Assembly (NCBI RefSeq): GCF_009914755.1
Contig: NC_060929.1
Strand: one strand, 5' to 3'
From: the human T2T-CHM13v2.0 reference genome, Homo sapiens
Length of the DNA: 64,000 nt
Shown here piece by piece: positions 24,271 to 38,500 of the stretch (positions within the stretch are counted from its first letter, which is position 1; every line of letters starts with the position of its first letter). The position numbers and the translations under genes were made by a program. A model generated the notes under the pieces. It ran no database searches, had not been told where the DNA came from, and saw only the letters and a list, made by a program, of their open reading frames with translations.

Positions 24271-25349
24271 ATGCTATAACTGAACAGTGCACATAGCATG
24301 GCCAAGGCGAAGCAGCAATGCTCTTCTTACCATGGAGGAGAAAATAGATTTTCAGTGATTATAGCTAACTCATAATATCCTGGTATTGTACTTGCTATAA
24401 ATAGATATTTTATTGTTTACTCTTTATTTCTTGCAGCATGAATCTATGCCTCATTGAGGGCAGGACTTTCATCTGCCTTCTACATCATTCTATCATGAAC
24501 TAGGTATAAATATGGTGCCTAATTCATATTAGAAACTGAGCAAATGCTGGTTAGATGGATGAACACATAAATAAATAAATCACAACTATAGTTGTGTAAA
24601 CCATATGAAAGTTTCAATTATTTTCCAAAAGCTCTCAATTCCAAAGTCTTAGTTGTACAGTTTGCATCCTCTTGAAGAGCTAGGCATATCATCATTATTT
24701 TATAAAGGGATGCATGGTATTCAGTGAAAAATATCATGAATCTCCTAAAACTCAACCAAGGATTTAAAAAATAATATTTTCCCTGAAGTTTATAGCCCTA
24801 AAACCAAGAATAATATCCCCATCAGCTGAGAGATGGAGGCAGAGAGAGAATGAATCTATTTTTTGAATAATTTTCTATGAATAATAATAACTAAATATCT
24901 TGGCAGTGAAGAAGGCAGGCCTTGAAAGTAAAAGAGCCGTTAAATCAAAAGCCTGGGAGCCATGAATGGTGAACGCCAATGAGACCACCAGATTTTAGGA
25001 TGGTTTTGGCCTCTGAGGGGATTGGGAAAAGCAAAAAAGACCAGTAATAGGGAAACGATGGCAAAAATAAAGAAATCATATGTTACCTGGCAGGGTATCT
25101 GGGAGTACCTGCCAGTACTCCCCAGGGAGTAGCAACCCAGGAACTCCCCAAGCAACTCAGGGAAAGAGAAAACCGGTGAGAACATAGATCAACAGATACT
25201 CATCCACATGCACACACAAGATATCATAGATATACAAGTCAATGTAAGCCAGCGCTCATGTTGCTGAATGACTCATACGCTTCGATTCAAAGATAAGTTG
25301 CACTTAGAGGTTTATAGCCCAAGCTCTGATATTGGTAGAGAATGAAAAT

Positions 25350-25830
25350 CCATTCATTTACTTAGTCAATAAATATTTATTGAACATTTGTCCTATACAA
25401 ACATTAGGAATAGAATGGTTAGCATGGTAGACACTGTCCTTATCCCCAAGACATTTCTATTCTAATGAGAAATTTAAACAACTATAGTATTAACAAATTA
25501 ATTGCATAGTTATTGATTATAATTTTAAGAGTTATGAAGGAGGTGTTCAATGGTACCATAAACGCTTGAGCTGTGGTCTAAAGCATGAAGAAGAGCCCAC
25601 TGGGGCATTCCAAGCAGAGAGGACAGTATTTGCAAAGGCCCCGTGGCAGTGGGAGTATGTTTCATTTGAGGATGGTGTGGCTAGAATACATGAGTGAAGG
25701 CAGAATCATGAGTGAGGAAGTCATTAGGGTCTGGACCATGCATGGACTTTCAGGGCATGTTAAGTTTTGGAAACTTTATTCTGAGATTAATGAGAAGCTT
25801 CTCAAGGGTTTTGAACAGAGTTCAGAGGGG
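25350..25830 (-). mobile_element. L2 relic
   Basis: cattcatttacttagtcaataaatatttattgaacat...cattccaagcagaggacagtatttgcaaaggccc...aagggttttgaacag. Confidence 0.65.
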
Positions 25831-26459
25831 TAGTGTTGAGGAGGATCAGGGATGGGAATTAATGTGAGTTATCTGGCTCAGGTCTGTTCTGTGGCAAGTG
25901 TACCAGCATGATGGCTGTCAATTGTCATGAACATCTCATTCTAATTCTGACTGAGATAGTTGTGTTAGGACAGCTTTAGTTCTGTTACTGAATGATCTTT
26001 TCATTTTATCCCTGGATCTGCCCAAATTGCTGTATAAAGAAGTTTTCCAGTTTAAACCATTTCTCATTAGAGAATGATTTAAAAAGAAAAAGGCTTTGCC
26101 TGTCTATTACTACTGAAGAAAATGTTCTGGAGAGAGAGACTTGCCTTAATCTTGGGCCTACAACTTATGCATTCCAAATATGATTTTCAATAAATCTGTT
26201 TAAATCCTCATTGTGTCTGGGATTCCTAGCTTTCCAAAGAGCTCTATCTAGACAGAGAGGATGTATATACATCTAGGAGGTTTTCTTTCTTTTTTTTTTT
26301 GTACTGCTTTTACGGTTAGATAAAATTAAATTGTACCATAAACTATGATTTTTTAGAAAACCTATTCTTGAAAAGTCTAGGTGTGAGAAATCTGAACTTA
26401 CATGAAAGTAAGTTTGGTACCAGATCCAGCAATGACGGAAGATTACAATAATTCTTTTA

Positions 26460-26680
26460 AATATGTATTAAGCAGTTACTGTGTGCCAGGCACATGCGGA
26501 AGCTTTAGATGCATTATCTCATTTTACCCTCATAACTATTCCAGGAAATAGATACTGTTAACATCTTCATTTTACTGATGAGGAAAATGAAGCTTGGAAA
26601 TGTTAATTTGCTGCCTGAGAATGTGGTAGGGCTGGGATCTGAACCCAGTTTATACAACTCAAACACTCCTTCTTTAATTC
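26460..26680 (-). mobile_element. MIR
   Basis: tactgtgtgccaggcac...gcattatctcatttt...cattttactgatgaggaaaatgaagct...gctgggatctgaaccc. Confidence 0.8.
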
Positions 26681-26884
26681 CGACATAAAATGTAACACAA
26701 TTAGATTAATTACCTATCACGTGTAAATATAAGACTTTTTTTAAACAGGTTCCTAACATTGTGCAATATTGTAAAGTTATTAACGCAGGCTAGCATCTAG
26801 GAAAGACAATGACTTGAGCTCAGAAATAGAGCCCCACCCTTCGTCTCCTATAAAGTGATTTAAAAAAATACCAAAAGAATCCAA

Positions 26885-27090
26885 AAAATAAAAAGGAACA
26901 CAATTCTGTCATTAGTGGCAACATGGATGCATGGATAAGCTTGGAGGACATTATGTTAAGTAAAATAAGCCAGGCAAAGAAAGATAAACACTGCATCTTC
27001 TCATTCATATGTGAAAGCTGAAAAAGTTTATCATATAGAAGCAGAGAGTAGGGCAGTGGTTGCTAGAGGCCAGGGGAGGGCAACAGGGAG
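26885..27090 (+). mobile_element. L1MA 3' fragment
   Basis: ggcaacatggat...ggaggacattatgttaagtaaaataagccaggc...gagagtagggcagtggttgctagagg. Confidence 0.7.
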
Positions 27091-27332
27091 GGCCCTCACT
27101 GTTCTTTCTTGACATCACATGCGGTACAGACACCACCATTAAAGCATTTTCATAGTGAAAAAAAATTATCCTTTCCACTTAAGAGCTAAAAGAGAACAAA
27201 TAAAAAAAAGACAGAAATCAATCAGAATGGCAAAACGTGGGTATTGTAAAATTGAGTGACAGGAGAATTCTTTATGGTATTCTCTTCTGTGTATGGTTGA
27301 AAGTTTTTATAATAAAAAGTCCTAGATTTGGA

Positions 27333-29290
27333 AAATAAATTCAGGAGTAAAGTTGAAGATTACAAAATTAATGTACAAAAATTACTAGCATTTCTATACA
27401 GCAATAATGATCAAGCCAGGAAAGAAATGAAGAAGGCAGTCTCACAATAGCTACAAAAAATTAAAATACCTAGGAATAAATTTAACCAAGGAGGTAGAAG
27501 ATTTCTACAAGGAAAACTACAAAACACTGTTGAAAGAAATTGAAGATGATCCCAACAAATGGAAAAACATCCAATGCTCACGAATCAGAAGTCAATATCA
27601 TTAAAATGATTATATTGCCCAAAGAAATCTACAGATTTAATGCAATTCCTATCAAAATAACAATGTCTTTTTTTTACAGAATTAGAAAAAACCAATCCTA
27701 AAATTCATATGGAATCAAAAAAGAGCTTGAATAGCCAAAGCAATCCTAAGGAAAAAGAAAAGAATCTAGAGGCATCACATTTCCTGACTTCAAAACACAT
27801 TTCAAGGCTATAGTAACCAAAAAAGCAGGGTGCTGGTATAAAAAATAGACACACAGACCAATAGAACAGAGTAGAGAACTCAACAATAAAGCCACACATT
27901 TGCAGCCAACTGATCTTTGACAAAACCAGAAAGAACTTAGAATGGGGAAAAGGTAGCCTCTTCAGTAAATGATGCCGGGAAAATTGGAGAGCCACATCCA
28001 GAGGAATGAAATTGACCCCTATCTCTCATCATATACAAAGATCAAGTTAAAATGGAGTAAAGACTTAAATGCAAGACACAAAACTATTAAATTACTAGAA
28101 TAAAACCTAGGGAAAAATTTCCTGGTTCTTGATTTAGGCAATGAATATATGACTAAGAGCTCAAAAGCACAGGCAACAAAACCAAAAAATAGGTAAATGA
28201 GACTTTATTAAGCTAAAAATCTTCTTCACAGCAAAAGAAATCATCAACAGGGTGACGAGACCTCCTATTGAATGGGAAAAATATTTGCAAACTATTTATC
28301 TTACAAGGAATTAATATCCAGAATATACAAGAAACTAAAAAACTCAATAAGAAAAAAATCAAATAATACCATTAAAATGTAGGCAAAGGACATGGATAGA
28401 CATTTATCAAAATAAAACATACAAGTGGCCAATAGGTGTATGAAAAAAATGCTCAATATCACTAATAATCAGAGAAATGCACATCAAAACCACAGTGAGG
28501 CATCATCTTACCTCAGCTAGAATTGCTATTATTAAAAAGACACAAAAAAACAAGTTGGAGAGAATGTGAAGAAAAGGGAAAAGACTTCCCTTCAATTCGT
28601 TGGTAGGAATTAAAGCTAGTACAGCCACTATGGAAAACAGTATGGTGATTTCTCAAAAAACTAAAAATGGAATTCCCATTCGATCCAGCAATCCCACTAC
28701 TGGGTATCTACCCAAAGGAAAATAAATCAATATATGAAAAGGATACCTGCATTCACATGTTTATTGTAGCCCTATTCACAATAGCTAACATATGGAATCA
28801 ACCTTAGTGTCTATCAACGAATGTATGAATAAAGAAAATGTGATGTATATAAACAATAGAATACTACCAATAAAATCATGTTATCTGTGGCAACATGGAG
28901 AAAACTGGAAATCATTCTCTTAAGTGAAATAAGCCAGACACAAAAGACAAATATCGCATGTGCTCACTTATATTTAGGAGTGGAAAATAGATAACAAGGC
29001 TGGGGATGTGAGTGGGTGGGAGGGGAAAGGATGAAGAGAAGTGGGCTAAAGGGTACAAACTTATGGTAAGATAAGATGAATAAATTCAAGTTTTGATAGC
29101 AGAGTAGGATGACCATGCTTAACATTGTACTTAAAATCAAACTTAACATTGTAAATATATTGTACTTGGGTAATGGACACTGAATACTGTCTTGATGGAA
29201 CCACATTATATACGCTACACATTATTTTGTAACAAAATTTTTCATGGACCCCATAATTTTTCACAAATAAAAAAAGCAAAAAAGAATAGG
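27333..29290 (+). mobile_element. 5'-truncated L1MA (L1MA3-like)
   Basis: Sense ORF2 3' half, then L1MA-type 3'UTR (aaagggtacaaac...ttttgatagcagagtaggatgac) and A-rich tail. Confidence 0.85.
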
Positions 29291-30179
29291 AAGAAGAAAT
29301 ATGCATCAGTATGGGAAACCAGAGATGGTATCATACTCATGTCCAAAACTTACATGAGTTTCTGTTATGGTACAGAAATTGCATAGGAAAGTGGACCGGC
29401 TTTGATATAATTAAGCAGAAGTGAATATGCAGAAATTGGATATTCCCTAATTGGGACTCCTGTTGGAACAGAGTGGGGCAGGCTGCTGGACAGAGGGTTC
29501 TCCCTCTGAGTACTCTTCTACACTGCAGATCAGTCAACAGAATCAGCACAGCAAGCAGTGTTCCAATCAAAGGAAAAGCCTTGGGGAAGAGGACTGCATA
29601 TTGAGAGGCAATTTAAGACCCGCTGGGTGGATTTTCCCTCTATCTATGATGCCAAGAAGTAACAAAATGTTACCTACAGCAAACATTTCAATCAGAATAT
29701 GCAATTCATTCAGAATACAAATGGTTTCTTAGAAAGACAGGTAGCCTGTTTGAAGGACTGAAGCATACACTTGTTTACTATCCTTGAGATTGTACAGGGA
29801 AGAGTCCATTGATATTTGTGGCATGGAAAGAAAGATGATGTGGTATTTGCTGGTTTTGTGGTGCAGACATTTGACTGTTTATCATTTCTTTTATCCCATG
29901 TCTAAGGTGCACTCCCTCCTCATCCTCCAAGACTCAGCTCAAATGCCCATTCTTACATAAAACCATTTCTTGTTATTCCATCCCAGTTTTTATCCTCCTC
30001 AGCTAGAAGTAATATTTATCTTTCTTTTTGTTGGTTGATCCCTCAGGAAAATTTCTTCATTAACTTTTCCAGCCATTTTTTAACTGCCTCACTCCATGCC
30101 AGAGGCAATGACTTTCTGAATTCTGCTACAATGTATCAGTTTTTAATATTCTTATACTGAATATAAATGAAATAATATA

Positions 30180-30660
30180 GTACACAGTCTCATGTTCTTT
30201 TATTCTTTTTCCTTGCTGAGTAGTATTTTATTTTGTAAAATGTGTTTATCCATTCTCTTTTTAATAGACTTTCTGATTTCCTCTAACTTTTTCTTCTAGA
30301 AAGCTCTATATTTTTAAGCTTTTATATTTAGATATATGATATTAAGTGAATTAATTTTTGTGTATGGCATGAAATGGGGGCTGAGGCTTCTATTTATTCA
30401 TACAAACATCCAATTATTCTAGCACCATTTGTTAAAACAGCTTTCTCCACTGACTTTGTGCATTGAAGTTCAGTTGTCCATATATGTGCACATACGTATT
30501 TAGATTCACAATCTTTCCCATCAATCAATTGATCTAACACTATCTTTATTACTGTAGCTTTATTTTTAAATCATAAAATATAAATTATCCAACCTCATTG
30601 CTCTTTTCAAGGCTGTTTTTCTTATTATAGACCCTTTGAATTTCCATAAAAATTTTACTT
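30180..30660 (-). mobile_element. Ancient L1M fragment; resumes at about 34770-35100 and 35520-35900
   Basis: Degenerate antisense ORF2 (atccaattattctagcaccatttgttaaa...ccctttgaatttccataaaaatttta), continuing after the inserted L1PA as ctgctgggattttaat. Confidence 0.6.
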
Positions 30661-30679
30661 TATTATATATTTACTTTCA

Positions 30680-33600
30680 TAAGTTCGACTTTTATTCTAG
30701 ATTCAGGAAGTACAAGTGCAGTTTTGTTACTTGGGTATATTGCACGATGCTGAAGTGTTTGGAGTACGATTGATCCCATTGCATAAGTACTGAGAATAAT
30801 ACCCAATAGTTAGTTTTTCAGTCCGTTCCCCTTCCCTTCCTCCAATGTTTAGCTCCCACTTATAAGTGAGAACATGTGGTACTTGGTTTTGTGTTCTTGA
30901 GATATTTTGCTTAGGATAATGGCTTCCAGCTCCATCCATGTTTCTGCAAAGGACATAATCTCATTCCTTTTTATTGCTGCTTAATATTCCATAGTATAAA
31001 TATACCACATTTTCTTTATTCAATCCACCATTGGTGAGCACCTAGATTGATTCCATGTCTGCTATTCTTAATAGTACTTGAATGAGCATATGAGTGCAGG
31101 TACCTTTTTGGTAGAAATGTTTATTTTCTTTTGGATATGTGCTCAGAATTGGGATTGTTGGATCAAATGGTAGCTCTGTTTTAACCTCTTTGAGAAATCT
31201 CCAAACTGCTTTACACAGTGGCTGAGCTAATTCACATTCCCACCAATAGTGTATAAGCACTCCCTTTTCTCTGTAGCATTGCCAACATCTGTTGTTTTTT
31301 GACTTGTTAATAATAGCTATTCTGACTGATGTGAGATGGTATCTTATTGTGGTTTTGATTTTCGTTACTCTTATTAGTGATGTGGAGCATTTTTTCATAT
31401 GTTTGTTAGCTACTTGCATGTCATCTTTTGAGACATGCCTGTTCATGTCTTTTGCCCACTTTTCAATGGTGTTATTTGTTTTGTGCTTGTTCAATTGTTT
31501 AAGTTCTTTATAGATTCTGAATATCAGGCCTTTGTTGGATGTATAATTTGTGAATATTTTCTCCCATTCTGTAGGTTGTCTACTCTGTTGATAGTTTCTT
31601 TTGCTATACAGAAGTTCTTTCGATTAAGTGCCAATTTTCAATTTTTGGTTTTGTTGCAATTGCTTTTGAGGACTTAGTCATAAATTCCTTGCAAAACTGA
31701 TATCTAGAGAGGTTTTCCTTCTAGGATTCTAATAGTTTACCTTTAAATCTTTAATCCTTCTTGAGTTACATTTTCTATGTGGCATCCAGTTCCATTCTTC
31801 TGCATATGGCTAGCCAGCAATCCCAGCATCATTTGTTGAATAAGTTGTCATTTCCCCATTTCCTATTTTTGTCAACTTTTATCAAAGATCAGATGGCTGT
31901 AGATGTGTGGCTTTATTTCTGGGTTCTCTATTCTGTTCCATTGTCCTATATGCCTGTTTTTGTACTAGTATTGTGCTATTTTGATTACTGTAGCCTTATA
32001 GTATAGTTTGAAGTTGGGTAATGTAATGTCTCTGGTTTTGTTATTTTGCTTAGGATTGCTTTGAATATTCAGGCCCTTTATTGGTTCCATATGCATTTTA
32101 GAATAGTTTTTTCTAGCTATGTGAAAAATAACAGTGGTGGCTTGATAGAAATGACGTTGACTCTGCAGATTACTTTAGGCAGTTCGGCTATTTTAACAAT
32201 ATTGATTCTTCCAATCCATGAGTATAGAATGTTTTTCTATTTATTTGTGTTGTCTCTGATTTCTTTCAGCAGTGTTTTGTAGTTTTCCTTGTAGAGATCT
32301 TTCACCTCCTTTTAAAGATATATTCCTAAACATTTTATTTTTGGTGGCTATTGTAATGAGATTGCATTTTTGATTTGACTCTCAGCTTGAACATTATTGG
32401 TGTATGAAAACATTAATGATTTTTATACATTGATTTTGTATCTTGAAACTTTACTGAAGTCATTTTTCTGTTCCAGGAGCTTTTTGGCTGAGTCTTTAGG
32501 TATAGAATCATATTGTCTGTGAAGAGAAATAATTTGACTTCTTATTTTTCAATATGGGTGCCTTTTATTTCTTTCTCTTGCCTGATTGCTCTGGCTAGGA
32601 CTTCCAGTACTACATTGAACAGGAATGGTGAGAGTTCTCAAAGGAAACGACTAGGTTTTTTGTTTGTTTGTTTGTTTGGTGTGGGGGGGTCTTACTATGC
32701 TGATGAGGTTGGCCTTGAACTTCTGGGCTCTAGTAATTCGCCCACCTTGGCCTCCTAAAGTGTGGGATTACAGGCATGAGCCATCACACGTGATTGAATG
32801 AGTCTAGTTTTTGACTGTTCAGTATGATATTGGCTGCCAGTTCATAATAGATAGTACACGGGCTTTGGGGGTTGGTAGTTTGTTTTTTTTTATTACTGAT
32901 TCAATTTTAGAACTCATTATTGCTCTGCTCAAGTTTTCATTTTCTTCCTAGATCAATCTTGGGAGATTGTGTATTTCAGGAATTTATCCATTACCTCTAG
33001 ATTTTATAGTTTGTGTGCATAGAGGTGTTCATAATAGTCTCTGAGGGTCTTTTGTATTTCTGTGGGATCAATCGTAATGTCACCTTTGTCATTTCTAACT
33101 GTGCTTATTTGGCCCTTCTCTCTTTTATTCTTTGTCAACCCTACTAGGTAGCTATCACTCTTCTTCATTCTTTCAAAAAAAATTTTGTTTTCATTTGTCC
33201 TTTTTATGGATTTTTTGGGTCTCAGTTTCATTCAATTCTGCTTTGATTTTAGTTATTTCTTTTCTTTTGCTAGCTTGGGGTGAGTTTGTTCTTGTTTTTC
33301 CCTAATAATTCAAGAAAATTTCCCTAATCTTGCAAGTGAGATAGGCATTCAGATACAAGAAATTCAGAGAACACTTGTAAGATACTACATAAAACTAACG
33401 TTACCCTGGCATATAATCACCAGACTGTTCAACGTCAATGTTAAAGAAAAAATCTTAAGGGCAGCTAGACAAAAGGCCAGACCATGTACAAAGGACACCC
33501 CTTGAGGCTTACAGTGGACTTCTCAGCAGAAGCCTTACAAGCCAGGAGAGACTGGAATCTAACCATGCATTTCATATCCTGCCAAACTAAGCTTCATAAG

Positions 33601-34760
33601 CAAAGGAGAAATAAGATCTTTTCCAGTCAGGGAAATTTATTACCACTAGATCAGCCTTACAAGAGATTCTTAAGTGAGTTCTAAACATGGAAATTAAAGC
33701 GATACCCACTACCATAAAAATACACTAAAGTACATAGCCCACTGATCCTATAAAGCAACCACACAATAGAAACTACAAAGCAGCCAGCTAACAACTTCAT
33801 GATAGGATTAAAGTCTACATATCAATTTTAACCTTGAATGTAAATGGTCTAAATGCTCACTTAAAAGGCAGAGTGGAAAGTTAGATAAAAAAAATAGGAC
33901 CATCTATTTTCTGTCCTCAAAAGACCCATCTAACATGCAAAGACACTCAGCCTCAAAGTAAAGTGTTGGAGAAAGAAACATTGTGCAAGTGGAAAACAAA
34001 AAAGAGCAGGGGCGCTATTCTTATATGAGATAAAGCAGACTTCAACAATAGTGAAAAAAAAGACAAAGAAGCGCACTAGATAGTGATAAAAGGGCTCAAT
34101 TCAACAAGAAGACTTAACTACCATAAATATACATGCACCCATCAATTGGAGCACACAAATTCATATAACAAGTACTTCTATAGTTAGGAAAAGACCTAGA
34201 TAGCCACATAATAGTAGTGGAGGACTTCAACATCCTACTGACATTGTTAGATCATAGAGGCAGAAAACTAACAAAGAAATTCTGGACTTAAATTTGACAC
34301 TTGGTCAGTTGGACCTAATAGACATTTACAGAGTACTCCACTGATCAACCAAAGAATATACATTCTTCTTATCTGCATATGGATCATACTCCAAGATTGA
34401 TAACATGCTTGGCCATAAAGCAACTCAAAATTTTTTTTTAAAGTGAAATCATACCAACCATACTCTTGAACCACAGTGAAATAAAAATAGAAATCACTAC
34501 CAAAAAGATCTCTCAAAACCACATCATTACGTGGAAACTAAACAACTTGTTCTTGAATTGCTTTTGGGTAAATAGCAAAATTGAGGCAGAAATTAAAAAA
34601 GATTGAAATAAATGAAAATGGAGACACAACATACCAAAAACTCTGGAATGCAGCAAAAGCAGTATTTAGAGTAAAGTTTATAGCGCTAAAGACCTACCAT
34701 AAAAAGTTGGAAAGATCTCAAATTAATAATGTAACTTCACATCTAGAGGAATTAGAAAAA
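30680..34760 (-). mobile_element. Old L1PA (L1PA15/16 class) with 5' inversion
   Basis: Antisense 3'UTR/ORF2 at 30680-33300, then sense ORF1 end and ORF2 endonuclease at 33301-34760 ([25 protein letters not shown]). The two pieces are contiguous in L1 coordinates at GAAAAA. Confidence 0.9.
32654..32795 (-). mobile_element. Alu monomer (FLAM-like) nested in L1
   Basis: Single left-arm monomer: (GTTT)n tail, gggtcttactatgctg...cttgaacttctgggctc...ccttggcctcctaaagtgtgggattacaggcatgagcca. Confidence 0.8.
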
Positions 34761-35106
34761 TAGTTAAATTTCAGATTTTAAATACCTATTAGTTTTCCAT
34801 TTTCTTCAACGTGCTCTGCTGGGATTTTAATTTTGGAGAGAATAAGCACCTTGACAATTTTGAGGCATCTGATCCATGAAAATTATATACCTCTCCATTT
34901 ATTTGGATTTAACATCATTTCTGTTTTGTTTTCAGTGTAGAAGTATTGTACATCTTTTATTAGGTTTATTCTAAGGTGTTTTATATTTTGGTTGCTATTA
35001 TAAATGGAATTTTCCAATTCTTTATTATCAGAATAATGCAAGTACAATTGATCTATGTATGTTGCATACACATTATGTTATTTGTTTTTTAAATGTTTGT
35101 ATTCAC

Positions 35107-35516
35107 TGTATTAGCTTGCTAGGACTTCCATAACAAAGTATTACCAACTGGGTGACTTAAACAACAGGAATTTACATCTTCACAGTTCTGGGTGCTGAAT
35201 GAGGTCCAGGTGTTATCAGAGTCACTTCCTTCTGATGGTCATGAGAAAAGAATCTGCTTCAGGCCTCTCTCTTTGGATTAGATATGGCCATCTTCTCCCT
35301 GTGTCTTAACATAGTCTTCTCTTCGTGTCTGTGTCCAAATTTCATATTCTTATAAGGACCCCCATCGTATTAGATTTGGGCTCACCCCAATGACTTCATT
35401 TTAATGTAATTACCACTTCAAAGACCCTGTCTTCAGGTATAGTCACATTCTGAGGTCTTGGGACATAGGACTCCAAAATATAAATTTGGGGAGGGTGCTA
35501 AATTTAGCCCACAACA
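35107..35516 (-). mobile_element. MLT1 (B/C-like) solo LTR
   Basis: tgtattagcttgctagg...ccataacaaagtattac...cacagttctgg...aaagaccctgtc...gtcacattctgagg...agcccacaaca. Confidence 0.85.
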
Positions 35517-37224
35517 ATGTCCTATAAATTCTTTGTTTCTTTGTTCCCTTTTTCCTCCTTTCCTGCCTTCTTTTGGACAAATCGGGCATTAAAATATTAA
35601 TTAATGTTAAGATATTAGTATTCCATTTCATGTTATTTATTGACATCTTTGTTATACTTCTTTGTGTTAATTTTTAGTGGTTGCTCTAGAGATTACCATC
35701 TGCAAATTTAACTTTTCACAGCTACCTTCAAATAATATTATACTATTCATAAACACATGAAGGATGTTTCAAATTGTAATTCTATACACCCCACCCTGAC
35801 CTTTGTGCATTTTTTCCATATATTTTATTTTACTTCTACATCTGTTATAAAGCCCAGAATATATTTTTATTAGTTTCACTTTAAAAGTCAATCAACTTTC
35901 AATGAAATTTTTAAAGGGAGAAAAAGCAGTATTAAAGAAATTAAACTATATATATATGATATTATCCTGGTAAAAAATAGTATTTTAAATAAATATAAAA
36001 ACACACATATATTTATTCCTATATATATTGATGTGTTAATAACAATGTATATAACATTTTATTTTCATTTATCAGGTTACAGATGCTGTTTTCTTGTTTC
36101 TGGCCTCCACTGAAACAGCAATTTCTAACTTTAGCTGCTGTGGCCATAGAGATGAATGGGCAAAGAAAAAGTTTCCATGAAGGAAAGAACTTTGTCTTCC
36201 ATGTAACATTGGATTTCGAAAATACCACTCCCCACCCAGACATGGGAATGCTGTATTCCTCCTCTTACTGTTGCCTTAGTATGTTCTTTGTCAAGGCTCA
36301 GAGGGGCTTCTTCACCCTGGATGAGAGATACATGTACAAATTTTTAACATCAAGTGAGTCTGTACAGGAAATCACTGATGGACTCTGTACTCCTCTTGCT
36401 GTTTACCCTTTGCAAAGCACAAAAGAAAATGGAAAAGGAGAAGACAAAGAGAAAACAAGGTCTTCTAAAAGATAAGAATATTCTGGTTTATAGGAGTGAC
36501 TCTGGTGAAGGTTGGAGAAATATTTTGGCATGTAGTTTTGGAGCATACATGTGAGGATTGAGCGATTTTGAAGATCCTCTTTGTCCCACCAAGCACACTC
36601 ATTCTGCTCATGACACAACCTTAGGGTCTTGAAGGTAGAAATGATAATGAAGATGTAATGTGCAATGTGTGGGCATCTGCACATTAGCAAGGGCAGTGCT
36701 TTGCAAGCACATTATCTGTCTTTGCTTCACCTACTCTGTGGTATTATCCCAGTAGTGGCTGCATGCATTCTGATCTGAGATTTCTTTTGAGGAGACCTTA
36801 AGGGCTAAACTATTTCACAGTATCCAAATGCCTGAATACAAAGTGGATTACTAAATTTAAAATGAGACTAAGTTGGGGTAAGTGCTTTATCTAAATTATG
36901 GTGCTTCAAGATTTGTCATGTGCAAAAATATTATCAATCAGTGATATTCTGAATGCAGTTATCTTAACTGATCTTCAATTTTGAATATTAAATCTCATTA
37001 GAATATGCCATTATGCAGTAGTCATTATGATCTGATAGATTTGACAGATATTCACATATCATATTTCCAAGTATAGGCTGATATTATGAATATACATAGT
37101 GAATTATGCTTAGAAAATGTTGTTACAGATATTTGTTCTACACAAGTGGTTAACACTTGGAGTGAACATTCACAGGCAGTAAATTGAGGCAAATTATATA
37201 ATGCCAGAGACTGCTTGTTCATTA

Positions 37225-37740
37225 TCATCAGTTAGGGATTTTTTGTCGTAAGAAAGAAAAAAGAATAAAAAAGCCAAATTAAGCAAAAAATGGGGGTGAG
37301 GAAGGCAGTTCTTGGCTCATAAACCTGAAAGATTTAGGAACATTTCCGTGTTTAGGTGATACTTGATTCAATAACACATATATTATAACCAGAACTTGAT
37401 TTTTCTTTTTGCTCTATCTTTCATAGTGCTGGCTTCATCCTCAGGCTTCACACATTGCTATCTTCCCCATTCCCAGCCCTCTTTTCTTATTTATGAACAG
37501 CTACTGCTAGTTGCAAACTCACAGCCTTAAACCATTCTCCAAGGGAGAAGGAGGGCCACTTCTAGTTGTTCCTGCACAAATCCTTAGACGCTCTCTCTCT
37601 TATTGGCTCAGATTTGCTGATATGTCCATCCCGAACCAATTATGGTTGACATAGGGAGAGGAGACCACAATCAGCTTAAATCAATCAGGGCCTGGTCTTC
37701 AAACATAGAATGGGTCAGCTGCACCAGAACCATATAATGT
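37225..37740. mobile_element. Old MaLR LTR relic (MLT1J/K/L-like)
   Basis: tcagttaggg...ttaagcaaaaaa...ttggctcataaacctgaaa...gctggcttcatcctcaggct...attggctcagatt...tgtccatcccgaaccaat. Confidence 0.45.
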
Positions 37741-38007
37741 CAGAGGGAGGGAGGATAGGTTGGTTCCCCCTACTCTCTGGGTACACTTGCCTGACAGAGG
37801 ATTAGCATTTTACTCTCTGGGGATGGTGACATAGGGAGCTTAAAGTTGCAATGCATTCAATCCTTTCCTTGTGCAAACCCCAGGCTTTGGAATTTTCTCT
37901 ATCAAAACTGATGCTCCCATTCAGGGCACCTATAGGCATATCCTACCCTTAAAAGGGGCATTTCCTTCTTGTTTGGGCAAGTTTTCCTTCTAGGGATGAG
38001 TTCTTCT

Positions 38008-38311
<304 letters not shown>

Positions 38312-38463
38312 GGGATGAGTGCTTCTAATTCAAAGGCCTCTAGGAACAAAATTAAACAGTGCAAGTTTCATTTCAAAGCATAAACAGCTCTTTTATTTCT
38401 GGGCACTCTGACCAGAAGGGCACTCATCTGAAAGCTGCAGAATTGCTTGAATTATCCTTGAAT

Positions 38464-38500
38464 TATCGTCATCATCACCATCATCATCATTCTCATCATC
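38464..38500. repeat. Imperfect (ATC)n microsatellite
   Basis: tatcgtcatcatcaccatcatcatcattctcatcatc. Confidence 0.7.

Noticed and set aside
29115-29170. Short duplication CTTAACATTGTA in an L1MA 3'UTR
   Set aside because: Ordinary local slippage with no further structure.
36083-36475. 130-aa ATG ORF in unique sequence after a possible acceptor
   Set aside because: No recognisable protein family and no supporting exons; length is compatible with chance in 64 kb.
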